Shown here: positions 1 through 10,204 of the stretch, piece after piece
Layout: every line of letters starts with the position of its first letter
Numbering within the stretch: position 1 is the stretch's first letter
Source of the DNA: a virus
Length of the DNA: 64,000 nt
Reading direction: 5' to 3' (one strand)
Virus record (IMG/VR): IMGVR_UViG_3300042013_000045
Location: 64,001 to 128,000 of that record
The notes under the pieces: generated by a model
Told to the model about the DNA's origin: nothing
What the model saw: only the letters and a program-made list of their open reading frames with translations
Database searches by the model: none
Program-made: the position numbers and the translations under genes

Positions 1-137
1 ATGTGGATCACGGGCGAGCTTACCGATAGTTGCTTTGATCTCGTCGGGAACTCTCCGACTAGAGGCGATCTTCGGAAAGACTCTCTTAATGGTTGCTGTC
101 ATGGCTACCTCTTTTTTATCCGTTTGGACAATACAAA

Positions 138-2333
138 ATGAGCACGAATTACGAAGTCTATTTAAGCTCGGTGAACCGACTTGTTGCGACACTGGTGCTC
201 AAAGATGAGACAACCAGTGAAATCATCAACAGCCGGCTAAAGCGTTTGGGCAAGGAAGTTGACGAGCAGCGACCTGAAACCTGGAAGTACTACCTGAACC
301 TCTCTGGACAGCCGCACGCGACTAACCGTCCGATGAAAGTCATCTCGATGGACGACGGCACGGAAATCGACTTTACACGTGAGAACATGCTCATTCACGT
401 GAAGACGTGGCGTGAGTATCAGTACGGTTCTCGCTTCTATACAGAGCTGTGGGAAAAGTACTCCGATCAGGAGATGCTCATTGACGGCATATTGAATCCT
501 GTTGATATCAATGAAGCGATCGCTGCTCCGGATCATAGTATTCTTTATTTTGACCCTTCATTAGTAGAAAGTCGTGAAACGAACCTGATCCCTAAGCTGC
601 AAGAATGGATCACAGGACAGTTTGTACGCTATGCCAACGTGGACTACCGGATCAACAACCCCCTGTTCATTCAGTCGCGGTTGATGATGTTGTTCATGGC
701 AATGCCATCGACTATCCTGAACTTGCGTACGGACAACTGCCGTACGCACATGGCCCACAGCTACCACATCAAGCGCTACTTGGCTTCGTTTGGTCCGCTG
801 GATCAGTACTACGTCAACATGACGGAGTTCCAGCGGCTGTACTTCTACCGGGACATTCGTTTCCTTCGCCGCAATAACGGTAAGACCGAGACGTTTGAAA
901 CACTGACTGAGAACGTCATGACCCGTCGCCGGTTGCCGGTGGCTGAATATGTCATCCAACAGAATGACGTCGAGATCCCAAACCAGTTCAACCCGACCAC
1001 GCAGTTCATGCGTCGTTCCCTGAACGGTATAGCGTCAGCACTGGGCGAAGACATCAAGAACACATCGCAGTTGCTGTACTTGGAACGCTCGGTAGCACGG
1101 GACAACGAAGAAGAGAACATGTACGCAGAGCTGTATATCCCTGCGGCCAACGAACTCAACCTCACCAGTGAAGCGAACACCAAGGTACTGGAGTCGAACG
1201 TCCTTGACCTTAAGGAGTCGGAACCGTACACGCTCGCTGAGATCCTGTTGAACCACTGGATCTACTTGTCCGACAAGAACCGCTACACCGCTGTGGTGAC
1301 ATTGAACCTGCCAGACGGTGGGGAAGCTTCGAAGCTGTCGATGAAAGATGCCTGGGTGCTTTACCAGTACATCTACATGCTGCGTTCTGGTTGGCAGATG
1401 ATTACCATCCCGCCGATCATGGCCAAGCGTATTCGTCGTATGCCGTTGCCAAGCTTCGAAGAGTTGCGTGGGATCTGCTCCTACGAGCACGTCGACGATC
1501 AATACGTCCATGAAGCCCTGCGTGGTAACGTGGCGATTGATGCGTACGTCTCGGTGGATACGTTCGTCATGGACATGATCCAAGTTCACCAACGCATGTT
1601 GCTGCACCGTGATCTCTACGTCTGGCGGAATGACTTCTACCAGTACGCCGAAATCAAGCAGATGACGGATCGGATCTACGCCGACTACCCCGTCGACATG
1701 TACAAGGGTGAGAACTACGCCGAGTGGCTGGGTGCACGTAACATCGCTCTGGACAAGTACACGCCGAACCAGCTGGATGAGATCATGCAGAACCTGCTGT
1801 CTCAAGCCACAGGTAAAGAGTTGCGGTTGACTCAGAACCTGAAGGATATCCATGCGGCCATGTTGGGCATCATGACCCAGCTGTCCAGCTACAGTGTTCA
1901 GTACATCCAGCAGATCAACGAAGAAGCCGTGGTCATGTTTGACTGGCCTCACTTGCGGTATCACTACGTTGGTGGACATGCTGCCAGTGATCTGCGGCTT
2001 GAAGTCCCTATCGCTAAACCTGAGAGATTGGACGGGCGTGGTAAAGACACCGCCTTCCAGGACATCAGCGAAGTGGGGATCGTTGACTTCGAAAGCTACA
2101 CCAAGCACCACACTGGCGTTCAGATCGGTGTGGGATTCGAGATGTCGGGTAAGAACGAGTTCATCGGTCACGGCATGATCATCGGCGCTACGATTATGAC
2201 TCTGGAAGTTCCAGGGGTGAATCTGGCTACAGCACTGACTGGCCAACAGATCGATGCCTACACCACGTTTGAATCCCGTCCAATCGCAGAGCTGTTCAAC
2301 AAGGTAACTACGGATGACTTCAGCGCCCCTTAA
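138..2333 (+). CDS. conserved phiKZ-like virion structural protein (gp128-like, probably baseplate/tail)
   Basis: Long ORF, likely ATG at 138 (MSTNYEVY). The WKYYLNLSG motif and its position in the structural block next to RuvC and the nvRNAP gene are typical of phiKZ-like phages. Confidence 0.65.
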   Translation: MSTNYEVYLSSVNRLVATLVLKDETTSEIINSRLKRLGKEVDEQRPETWKYYLNLSGQPHATNRPMKVISMDDGTEIDFTRENMLIHVKTWREYQYGSRFYTELWEKYSDQEMLIDGILNPVDINEAIAAPDHSILYFDPSLVESRETNLIPKLQEWITGQFVRYANVDYRINNPLFIQSRLMMLFMAMPSTILNLRTDNCRTHMAHSYHIKRYLASFGPLDQYYVNMTEFQRLYFYRDIRFLRRNNGKTETFETLTENVMTRRRLPVAEYVIQQNDVEIPNQFNPTTQFMRRSLNGIASALGEDIKNTSQLLYLERSVARDNEEENMYAELYIPAANELNLTSEANTKVLESNVLDLKESEPYTLAEILLNHWIYLSDKNRYTAVVTLNLPDGGEASKLSMKDAWVLYQYIYMLRSGWQMITIPPIMAKRIRRMPLPSFEELRGICSYEHVDDQYVHEALRGNVAIDAYVSVDTFVMDMIQVHQRMLLHRDLYVWRNDFYQYAEIKQMTDRIYADYPVDMYKGENYAEWLGARNIALDKYTPNQLDEIMQNLLSQATGKELRLTQNLKDIHAAMLGIMTQLSSYSVQYIQQINEEAVVMFDWPHLRYHYVGGHAASDLRLEVPIAKPERLDGRGKDTAFQDISEVGIVDFESYTKHHTGVQIGVGFEMSGKNEFIGHGMIIGATIMTLEVPGVNLATALTGQQIDAYTTFESRPIAELFNKVTTDDFSAP

Positions 2334-3300
2334 CGGTTCCTCTCTGACAGTGGGAGCCCTCGAACAAGACGATGTGGGGGCGCTGCAAGCGCTCCTGAAT
2401 ACCATGGTGACTCGTGGCACACCGGTGACGATGTTCTCACGCACCGCACCGGTGCCTACAGGTGTGACGCCTGTGCAAGCCACGTTCACCGTCAGGGTTG
2501 CCAAGGAGAAGGCACCTGTGGACATGTGGGTTTATAAAGACACGCAAGTGATCACGTACAACCGAGTCCTGCTCTCGGCAGTTGCAGCGAAGTATGTGCC
2601 TACGATTTACACAGACTTCCCTGTCTCGAAGAATGAGCTGTTCTCTAAGTACCTGACCAAGAACGAACTGTACGACCGTGGGGCGGATGTGACTGCGGGT
2701 AACGTAACAGGTCCTGGCACTGTGCAGCTGACAGCAACGCCAAGCTCGTTCTTGCTCACCGGCTCGCAGAACTTCAACGTTAAGCAAGCGCCGAAGTATT
2801 TGGCTGAAGTCATTGAGGTCACACAGTTGACCACCTTTGACCCAACTAAGCACATGACCGGTCCGGCATGGGATCAAATGGTCGCCAGCGTGAACACGTT
2901 GAACGCTGGCACGATCCCTCGTCCTATCCTGCCTGCTGAAGTGAGGCCAGGAGCGGTCACTAAGCTCAACGAGTACGACGAGATCAACACGGAAATCGAG
3001 TTGGTCAACAACGGCTCAGAGGTGTTCTTGGATCGCGTCATGTTGTCCTACCACCGGGTGAACTTCTCGTGGTTGCTCAATGGCGAACAAATGATCCTCA
3101 AAGGTCCTCCGGTTGTGACCACGCAAGTCTTGCTGGACAAGATCCGGACGAAGACGGGTTACACCATGGACATGGATGATTTGGTTGCTCAGTCCTACGA
3201 CCCTGTGTCAGTAGGGACGACTACAACCCTGACCGTGTTCATTCAGGACACCTCCCTGCGCTACGTCGGCGAGATCACCATCGACTACACGGCGGAGTGA
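2314..3300 (+). CDS. putative virion structural protein
   Basis: 328 aa, overlaps the upstream gene. T/V-rich, ends in SLRYVGEITI, a repeat type seen in phiKZ-like tail and baseplate proteins. Confidence 0.55.
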   Translation: MTSAPLNGSSLTVGALEQDDVGALQALLNTMVTRGTPVTMFSRTAPVPTGVTPVQATFTVRVAKEKAPVDMWVYKDTQVITYNRVLLSAVAAKYVPTIYTDFPVSKNELFSKYLTKNELYDRGADVTAGNVTGPGTVQLTATPSSFLLTGSQNFNVKQAPKYLAEVIEVTQLTTFDPTKHMTGPAWDQMVASVNTLNAGTIPRPILPAEVRPGAVTKLNEYDEINTEIELVNNGSEVFLDRVMLSYHRVNFSWLLNGEQMILKGPPVVTTQVLLDKIRTKTGYTMDMDDLVAQSYDPVSVGTTTTLTVFIQDTSLRYVGEITIDYTAE

Positions 3301-3304
3301 TGCC

Positions 3305-3748
3305 ATGAACTACTTCACCACTGAGAAACTCCTGACGTACCCACCGGTGAACGCGTTGCTGATTGCTGCCAACCAGAAGCTTGGTCTGTCGCTGCACCCT
3401 AGCTACGTGACTGTCGGTGAGGTCTACGAGCCTAGTGGCTTGTTGGCCAAGGTTGAGATCGCTGCCCGTACGGAAGTGCCTAACTCGGAAGAGGAACGGT
3501 TCTCTAATAAAGGATGGCTCACCATTGACCGCATCGACATCGGTGCGTTCTTCGATGGACAATACGTCATCACGTATGACGGCGCGATTACTGCCTATGA
3601 CGTGGGTAGGATCATCACTGAGCAGACAGGTATCCTGTTTGACGAACGTGACTTCCCTGACAGCGTCATCACGCCCCAATCGAACACACTGGTGGTCTCT
3701 CCACGCTCCCTTCGTTGGGTGGGTGAACTGACCATTATTTCGGCATAG
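3305..3748 (+). CDS. putative virion structural protein
   Basis: 147 aa, GGAG RBS, ends in SLRWVGELTI like the upstream gene. Confidence 0.55.
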   Translation: MNYFTTEKLLTYPPVNALLIAANQKLGLSLHPSYVTVGEVYEPSGLLAKVEIAARTEVPNSEEERFSNKGWLTIDRIDIGAFFDGQYVITYDGAITAYDVGRIITEQTGILFDERDFPDSVITPQSNTLVVSPRSLRWVGELTIISA

Positions 3749-3756
3749 AGGTCATT

Positions 3757-4764
3757 ATGTACAAACGCCCCTTAAGGTATGATCTGCCGGCCGACGACCT
3801 GATGTTGCAGGTGTTGAACTTCACGAACAAGACGGCCTTTGAGAAGCGCCAGTTGACGTTCGGGGAACCGGTAGTCGTTACTGACGAAAACATTTATATC
3901 AAGCCTGACTACACCAACGACTACGACCTTAAGCGTCCTGCCGTTGGTACTCTGACCCGCATTGAAGTCCTGCCGACTCCGATCACGGGCTGGAAGAAGT
4001 CAAGCACTCTGTTGTACCGCCGCGAGATCATTCAGGATCATTTCATTTCGATCCCGTTCGTGGTGTATGGCAAAGAGAATACCAAGGCGGAAGTTCTCCG
4101 CTGTCTGCATCAGCAATACGGTCTGTTCCTTGATGACCACTTGTGTGACGTAGAATTCAAACCAGTCAGCCTGAAAGATGTGCTGTTTCATCGGCACATG
4201 GGCAGCATCGTGGACAGCAGCTGTAGCGACTACATGCCGCCTGCTGCGTGGAATGCCGTGGTCACGATTCGTCCAGAACACCCGTACTGGATGGGCGAGA
4301 TCAACGTGTATATCCGTGAAGCGGTCGAGTTCCTTGACCGTAACATTGCCACCACGTTGGAAATCAACCGCTACCTCGGTTTGGGAGATCACAACAAGAT
4401 CCCTGCTGAAATGGTACTGCGCATGACTGGGTACGTGGACCGTGACCATTACGTCCGCGACTTGAAAGAAGGTGATCTGGTTCTGCCAATGATCCTTGAG
4501 GCGGCTAAGTCTCTGACCGACGACCCTTGGGTCTTCAGTGAGAACCCTCAGCCATTCAACCTCTACGGCACTAAAGTAGTCCACAACGGCGTGAATACCG
4601 GTGACCTGTACATTGATGACCCTCGGGTAACCAACGTGCTCGTCCTGGAGTTTGGTGAAGAGAAATGCACCAACATTCGCGGCCAATGGGTGTTCGGTTA
4701 CTACAACGGCGAGACCTGGTTGAAACGTCAGCGTATTGATGCGCTGCCGATCCAAGACCAGTAA
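3757..4764 (+). CDS. putative virion structural protein
   Basis: 335 aa, GAGG RBS, within the structural operon. Confidence 0.55.
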   Translation: MYKRPLRYDLPADDLMLQVLNFTNKTAFEKRQLTFGEPVVVTDENIYIKPDYTNDYDLKRPAVGTLTRIEVLPTPITGWKKSSTLLYRREIIQDHFISIPFVVYGKENTKAEVLRCLHQQYGLFLDDHLCDVEFKPVSLKDVLFHRHMGSIVDSSCSDYMPPAAWNAVVTIRPEHPYWMGEINVYIREAVEFLDRNIATTLEINRYLGLGDHNKIPAEMVLRMTGYVDRDHYVRDLKEGDLVLPMILEAAKSLTDDPWVFSENPQPFNLYGTKVVHNGVNTGDLYIDDPRVTNVLVLEFGEEKCTNIRGQWVFGYYNGETWLKRQRIDALPIQDQ

Positions 4765-4810
4765 TCGCAATCGTATGACACCTTTTATCACTTTCCTCAA
4801 GGGCAGATAG

Positions 4811-5695
4811 ATGCAAAAGATCATCCCCACCCAACTCGCCAACTACCTTCAGGTAGTCTCGTACTTGGGCCTCCCGTTCGAAAAGATTGCAAACACCACG
4901 TTGAACCAGAAGTTCGACATCCAGCCCTCGGCCATTGTACCGCCTGCGGTCAAGCCATCGCTGAAGTTCTTCACCATCGGTATTGGTGGTCACACGTACA
5001 CCACTGGTGGCAACGGTATCCCGCTGAGCCAAGGCATCGACCACACGTCCGGTGACTTCGGCCTTTACGACCACCTGCCGTTCGTGTTGCGCCCAATCAA
5101 CAACGACCTGAGCGTGGAAGAGCGTAAGCGCTACTGCCTGCGTAAAGTCATGGAGTACGACGGCGTCAACTACTACGGCTACCTGGGCAAGCGTTTGCCA
5201 ATGGACGATATTGAGGTCAAGATGACCAAGCGCACGGTAGTTGACGGTGAAACCACCATCGACGAATACGTGCCAACGGAAGCCAACCTCAGTCCTACCC
5301 CGCCGTCGATTCCAACTACCGGCGTTATCACCACCAGCGGTGAATACCTCGCGACCAGTGCAATCATCCCGATGCCCTTCACTGAGAAGGACGTGCAGGA
5401 GTTGTACAACGTGGCGAAGATCATCTACGGTGACGAGCGCTATGCGATCATCAGTGAGTTCGGCTTCGGCACTGCCGTTGACGCAACCGTGTCGATCAAC
5501 ACCCCAGGTGGTCAGGTCAGTTTCCTCGAAGTGATTGGTGCGCAGATCTCTGCGATCATCAGCGGTCACTACGAGTTGATCTACAACAGCAAGGGCTTTG
5601 ATTTCAGCCTGGAAGTCGGTGCGGTACAGCCTCTGTTGGGCACCAGCACTCAGACCACCACGTTCATGAAGCTTATCAACCCGACAGCCAACTGA
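4811..5695 (+). CDS. conserved phiKZ-like virion protein (gp139-like)
   Basis: NTTLNQKF, IGIGGH and HLPFVLRP..NDL motifs; directly upstream of RuvC. Confidence 0.6.
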   Translation: MQKIIPTQLANYLQVVSYLGLPFEKIANTTLNQKFDIQPSAIVPPAVKPSLKFFTIGIGGHTYTTGGNGIPLSQGIDHTSGDFGLYDHLPFVLRPINNDLSVEERKRYCLRKVMEYDGVNYYGYLGKRLPMDDIEVKMTKRTVVDGETTIDEYVPTEANLSPTPPSIPTTGVITTSGEYLATSAIIPMPFTEKDVQELYNVAKIIYGDERYAIISEFGFGTAVDATVSINTPGGQVSFLEVIGAQISAIISGHYELIYNSKGFDFSLEVGAVQPLLGTSTQTTTFMKLINPTAN

Positions 5696-5731
5696 TTTAA
5701 CGATTACCAGATCTAATAAGGTGGACACTTT

Positions 5732-6325
5732 ATGTTCAGACTACGTGACGATGACTATATCTACAGGATCATGGGCATCGACAACGGAAGTTCCAATCTG
5801 GGGATGGTTGTTCTAGACCTGGACCTTAGATCTGGTGTCTATACTCTCGTTCACTCGGAGACTTTCCTTGCCGAACGTCTTATCAAGAACCACAAGGGCA
5901 GCTTAACGAGCCATTCGGCACGCTGGGTGCGTGAATGCACCCTTCACGATAAGTTCGCAGACGCCCTCGAAGAGTTCCAGCCCAATGCAGTACCGGTTGA
6001 GAATGCGTTCTTTCAGCCTGGTCGTGTTACCTCGTTCGAAACACTGACAGAAATGAAAGTGTTCCTTCGCCACGCGGTAGCCGACTACGATGATCGGATG
6101 GACATCATTCTCGTGTCTCCAGGGGAAGCTAAAAGAGCGGTGCAACCGTCGAACTTCACCATGAAGAAGGTCGTGATCCGGGACTGCATCCTAGCCATGA
6201 GCGATAAAATCAGATGCACAAATGGGATAACACTCAATAGCCTCACGGAGCACGAGTACGATGGCATTGCAGTCAGCATCTTTCATGGAGAGACTGTTCG
6301 CAAGCGTTGCGGTTTCGTGAGGTGA
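5732..6325 (+). CDS. ruvC: RuvC-like Holliday junction resolvase
   Basis: IMGIDNGSSNLG, VENAFF, VSPGEAK and EHEYDGIAV give the RuvC acidic tetrad pattern. Confidence 0.8.
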   Translation: MFRLRDDDYIYRIMGIDNGSSNLGMVVLDLDLRSGVYTLVHSETFLAERLIKNHKGSLTSHSARWVRECTLHDKFADALEEFQPNAVPVENAFFQPGRVTSFETLTEMKVFLRHAVADYDDRMDIILVSPGEAKRAVQPSNFTMKKVVIRDCILAMSDKIRCTNGITLNSLTEHEYDGIAVSIFHGETVRKRCGFVR

Positions 6326-6343
6326 GGTAAACGGGGAACTGCC

Positions 6344-6787
6344 ATGTTACTGTCGGACGTAGTAAAAGTATTGGGGGATCGTACACTCGGGGAGTTTCCG
6401 TGGGGATGTGTGGTAAAGGATACGGTTAACCTCTTCGCAGAAGATACCCTCAAGCTTAAACTTACATCCACGGGCTCTGACCTGACACGAGCACTCGATG
6501 CCATGACAGAGACCAACCGCAATCTGCTGCACAACGCACAACTTGATACCAACCGTGCCTGCGTGATCACTCCAGTAGGGGGTGGTATGGTGGTTGAACA
6601 CGGTGACGACGCTACCGACCCTCCCGCGAAGTTCGGTTTCTTTCAAGCTTTCACCGCCTTGATCGTGAGCGTGGTTCTGATCGGCGCGTTCCTGATGTTC
6701 TCCAATCTCTCGATCAACGAGAAAACGGATTGGAAGGAAGTAGGGAAGATGGGCTGGAAAATCGTTAAAACAATCGCGGGTTTCTAG
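6344..6787 (+). CDS. hypothetical membrane protein
   Basis: C-terminal hydrophobic helix AFTALIVSVVLIGAFLMF followed by an amphipathic tail. Confidence 0.6.
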   Translation: MLLSDVVKVLGDRTLGEFPWGCVVKDTVNLFAEDTLKLKLTSTGSDLTRALDAMTETNRNLLHNAQLDTNRACVITPVGGGMVVEHGDDATDPPAKFGFFQAFTALIVSVVLIGAFLMFSNLSINEKTDWKEVGKMGWKIVKTIAGF

Positions 6788-6797
6788 GTAGGCAATC

Positions 6798-7022
6798 ATG
6801 GAAGCAGACGAAGCATTCACCCCTGAAGATGATGCACCAGAAAAGAAAAAGAAGAGCACGTGGTCTGGAAAGGCCAAACTCTACATCCTGTATACATTCC
6901 TTGCGATGGTTGGCGTCGTAGTCTTCGCTGAGGGTCTACGTGCAGTACTGCACGGCGAGTCCTTCAACATGGAGATCTTCACCAAGGTCTTGGACGGCAT
7001 CATTGCCATCCTCGGCGCATAA
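6798..7022 (+). CDS. small membrane protein (possible holin-like)
   Basis: 74 aa, basic stretch, then one TM helix and an amphipathic C-terminus. Confidence 0.5.
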   Translation: MEADEAFTPEDDAPEKKKKSTWSGKAKLYILYTFLAMVGVVVFAEGLRAVLHGESFNMEIFTKVLDGIIAILGA

Positions 7023-7036
7023 CCTACCCCAGACAA

Positions 7037-7085
7037 CATAGATCCCCTCACAGCTCCTTAGAGGGCTGTGAGGGGATCTATGCCG
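7037..7085. terminator. long bidirectional terminator hairpin between convergent genes
   Basis: CATAGATCCCCTCACAGCTC...GGGCTGTGAGGGGATCTATG, followed by CCG. Confidence 0.8.
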
Positions 7086-7090
7086 TATGC

Positions 7091-8104
7091 TTAACGGAAC
7101 TCGTGGTCACCATCACCACGGATACGTGCTTTGAGGTCATTGTGGAAAGTATCCGCATCGCTGCCTTTGTTGAGCAGGGCTGCTTGGATAGTATTCGTCA
7201 GACCGTGGAGGCTGGATTTCAGCGTGGCTTCACGGCGTGTGTCGTTATAGGACAGTACACCTGCCATCCCAGAACAACGATCAGCCAAGTCTACCAAGGC
7301 GTCTTTGTTCTTCTCGAGGTTTTCAGTAGAAGCCTTGGAATCAATCTCAGCTTCCTTCTGCTTACGTTCAACCTTACCAGGACAAACGCCACTGCCCCAA
7401 CCACACTTGCCGCACTCGCAGCTTGGTGGTGGAAACTCTTCCAACGACGCTACATTCTTACACTGGTTAGGTAGATCGTACTGGGTCTTGAACAACTCAC
7501 GCACGTAAGCCAGATCTTCGTCGCTCTTACGGCCAGGGGAGATGATACGGATATCAGTCATCTCGAATGGCAGCTTGACTTGACTGAAGTCAAAGCCTTC
7601 TGGTAGGGTGCCGCGCAGTTCAAAGTCGATCTTCACATGAGGCACAGGAGCTCCTGTAGGGCCAGTGAAGACGTCCACTTCGAATTCCAGGTCAGTACCG
7701 GGTAGAGGGAAGTAGTAGCGCTTCTTGCGAAGCCCAGAGCTTGCCAGCACCTTAAACAGATTGAACATGTCGATGCTGGAAGGAGCCTCGCATTCCAAGT
7801 TGCCGTTGGGTGCCTTTACCTTGGTGGTGAGGACGTAGACAGGCTCGCCAGTATTACGCTGACTCATGCGCACACGTACGTTACCCGAGCCTGCGTTCTC
7901 GTCACTGCCTGGAACGTACAGACCCCACTGCTCTTGGATCTCCCAGCCTGTAGCAGCGTCGAGGTCATCCATGTTACGCATGGTGCCGTAGATCTCAATC
8001 TCCTTCTCCACCTGAGTCTTGCCATCAGGGGTAGGAGCGGCTTCCATGCTGATCACCGGTAGGTTCACCGGGTTCAATGCAGCCATCAAGGCTTGTCTGC
8101 TCAT
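7091..8104 (-). CDS. CYTH / triphosphate-tunnel metalloenzyme-like protein with C-terminal Cys-containing extension
   Basis: EKEIE, VRVR, LTTK, ECE, KKRY and FEVDVF motifs of the CYTH family; CECGKC in the C-terminal part. Confidence 0.65.
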   Translation of the reverse strand: MSRQALMAALNPVNLPVISMEAAPTPDGKTQVEKEIEIYGTMRNMDDLDAATGWEIQEQWGLYVPGSDENAGSGNVRVRMSQRNTGEPVYVLTTKVKAPNGNLECEAPSSIDMFNLFKVLASSGLRKKRYYFPLPGTDLEFEVDVFTGPTGAPVPHVKIDFELRGTLPEGFDFSQVKLPFEMTDIRIISPGRKSDEDLAYVRELFKTQYDLPNQCKNVASLEEFPPPSCECGKCGWGSGVCPGKVERKQKEAEIDSKASTENLEKNKDALVDLADRCSGMAGVLSYNDTRREATLKSSLHGLTNTIQAALLNKGSDADTFHNDLKARIRGDGDHEFR

Positions 8105-8155
8105 CGGTCAATCTCACAAAAAAGAAAGGAAAGAAAAAGTTACGTCATATAAAAA

Positions 8156-8183
8156 GGAGGAGAGAGCCGAAGCTCTCTCCTCC
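8156..8183 (-). terminator. intrinsic terminator (UUCG loop on - strand)
   Basis: GGAGGAGAGAGC-CGAA-GCTCTCTCCTCC next to an A-tract (U-tract on -). Confidence 0.8.
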
Positions 8184-8193
8184 CTATTGGGTG

Positions 8194-10179
8194 TTATGCG
8201 CGACGGACGCCAACGACGTCACGTGCACCGGCCATGCCAACCAATTCCAGAACGATGTTGTCAGCTGTCACGACATGAACGCGGCCAGGAGCCGAGGACT
8301 TGCGGGCGATCAGGTACAGACCGTTCAGGGCATCACGCAGTTCAGGATCGGCGCCAGCGCCAGAACCCTGTGCCACGCGAGGTTCAGCATCAACCATGCC
8401 GAAAGCTTCCAGATCAATGTTCACCGAGAGCGAAGCGGAAGGCTTCAGGATCACGACGACGTTTTCACGGTAGGCGATGTAGGCAGGGCTGTCTTCTTCG
8501 GCTTCAGGCAGGAGATCTTGAGAAGCGATCACGTCCTTACGGCCATCGGCTTCTTTCAGCACGACCAGAGTCGGCACCAAGTTACGGGTGCGAGCCAGGT
8601 ACTGCGCTGTGAAACCGGCGTTGCGTGCTTTGGTCATGATTTCAAGCAGGTCAGCGAAGTCGTCGATAAACGAACCCACTTCCAACTTGCCACCGAACCC
8701 GAACGCGTAACGCAGCGAGTGGTTCACTTCTTCAGTGTAGTGCTTGTCGATGTGATCCAGTACGGACTCATCAACCTTGCCGCGCAGACCTTGCAGACGC
8801 TTCTGCAAGATGTCCAGGCCACCGTCGCTACCGATCAGATTGCTCAGGCTTTCCAGCTCAGCGGTACCCTTGCCCGAGGAAGGCAGGATTTCCACGATCA
8901 TGTTCTGCGCAGCGGCAATGTTCTTGCCAGTTTGCAGACGCAGCGACGTCGCTTTGATCAGACCATCACGCAGAGTGGACGCAACCACTTGACCTTGGTC
9001 GACTTCAACGCTGGTCAGATCCATTTCGGTGATCAGGGTCAGGCGCGCTTGATCAACTTGACCAGTCAGCTTGTCCAGATCCACGGTGTCCAGGTCACTG
9101 CCCGGCAGAGAGATCTCGGAACCGATGGCACCACCGGTAGCGTTACGGGTACGGCGCTCGTCATTCGGACGCTTCAGCGCCTTGATTTCGTGGGCAGCAA
9201 AACTCAGATCATCAGTCATCGGCAAGAACTCCTCGCGCACTTTGCCATCTTGACCTTTCACCAGGAAGCGTACTTCCTGATCAGGGTCGTAGGAACGGCA
9301 GAACATTTGCTTCGGTGTCCAGGTCCATTCAAGGTCGGACACGTGGGCAAGCTGCCAGTTTTCGCCGTTGTCCCAGAAGCTGTCGAAGGGACGAGCCTTC
9401 GTGAAGTCTGGGCCAGCATTATCTTCGATTACGTCAACAGGTTCGCTGTGACGGTGCAGACGGGATTCTTGTTCCACTTCACGAGGCTCCTGTGTGCGCG
9501 AACCACGTGCCAGCGGCGAGCTGTTACGGGAATCACGCGATGGGGAATCATCAGCGTTACGGGCGGATTCACGAGGCTTATCGCGACCCCCACCAAAACC
9601 ACCAGTCATGCGGGTGTCATCACGACCCCCACTGCGGCTTGTACGGCCACCACGGCTGTCATCACGACCACCGCGGGATGCAGGAGGACGGGACTGGGTG
9701 TAGCCGATACCGGTATTACGGCTATTGCGATCGTTGTCGCGGCCACCACGGTCACGACGATCATCACGACCACCGCGGTCGCGGCTATTACTGCGGCCAC
9801 CACGGGTAGCACGCTCGTAATCGTCTTCGACCTTGTCCCAGTCACGGGCCGACGTTTGAAGATCACGCCATACGCGGTCGTCATCGATCGCGTTAGCCAG
9901 CTTCTTGTCGCCGATAACCCAGACGGCAATGCCCTGAGCCACAGCTTCGTCGGTGCACGATTCGATGAGTTTGTCTTCCTCACGATCGTTGCGGCAGTTT
10001 TCCCAGTCCAGCTCGACCATTTTCAACGTATGGTCAAACAACGTCTTCATGTCGCTGTTGTTGTAGTTGCGATCGCTCATGAACTCGTCATAAGCGTCGC
10101 GCAGGTCGTTATCTTTCGCACCGTTCTGAATGATGTCGATCAGGCGGTCGTAGATTACGTCTTCAAGTGTCTTTGCCAT
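8194..10179 (-). CDS. conserved phiKZ-like protein downstream of nvRNAP beta, with RGG/RD-rich disordered segment
   Basis: 661 aa, phage-typical codon usage; about residues 122-230 are R/G/D/S low complexity. Confidence 0.7.
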   Translation of the reverse strand: MAKTLEDVIYDRLIDIIQNGAKDNDLRDAYDEFMSDRNYNNSDMKTLFDHTLKMVELDWENCRNDREEDKLIESCTDEAVAQGIAVWVIGDKKLANAIDDDRVWRDLQTSARDWDKVEDDYERATRGGRSNSRDRGGRDDRRDRGGRDNDRNSRNTGIGYTQSRPPASRGGRDDSRGGRTSRSGGRDDTRMTGGFGGGRDKPRESARNADDSPSRDSRNSSPLARGSRTQEPREVEQESRLHRHSEPVDVIEDNAGPDFTKARPFDSFWDNGENWQLAHVSDLEWTWTPKQMFCRSYDPDQEVRFLVKGQDGKVREEFLPMTDDLSFAAHEIKALKRPNDERRTRNATGGAIGSEISLPGSDLDTVDLDKLTGQVDQARLTLITEMDLTSVEVDQGQVVASTLRDGLIKATSLRLQTGKNIAAAQNMIVEILPSSGKGTAELESLSNLIGSDGGLDILQKRLQGLRGKVDESVLDHIDKHYTEEVNHSLRYAFGFGGKLEVGSFIDDFADLLEIMTKARNAGFTAQYLARTRNLVPTLVVLKEADGRKDVIASQDLLPEAEEDSPAYIAYRENVVVILKPSASLSVNIDLEAFGMVDAEPRVAQGSGAGADPELRDALNGLYLIARKSSAPGRVHVVTADNIVLELVGMAGARDVVGVRRA

Positions 10180-10204
10180 GTTGCATTTGCTCCAATTGGA
10201 TATA

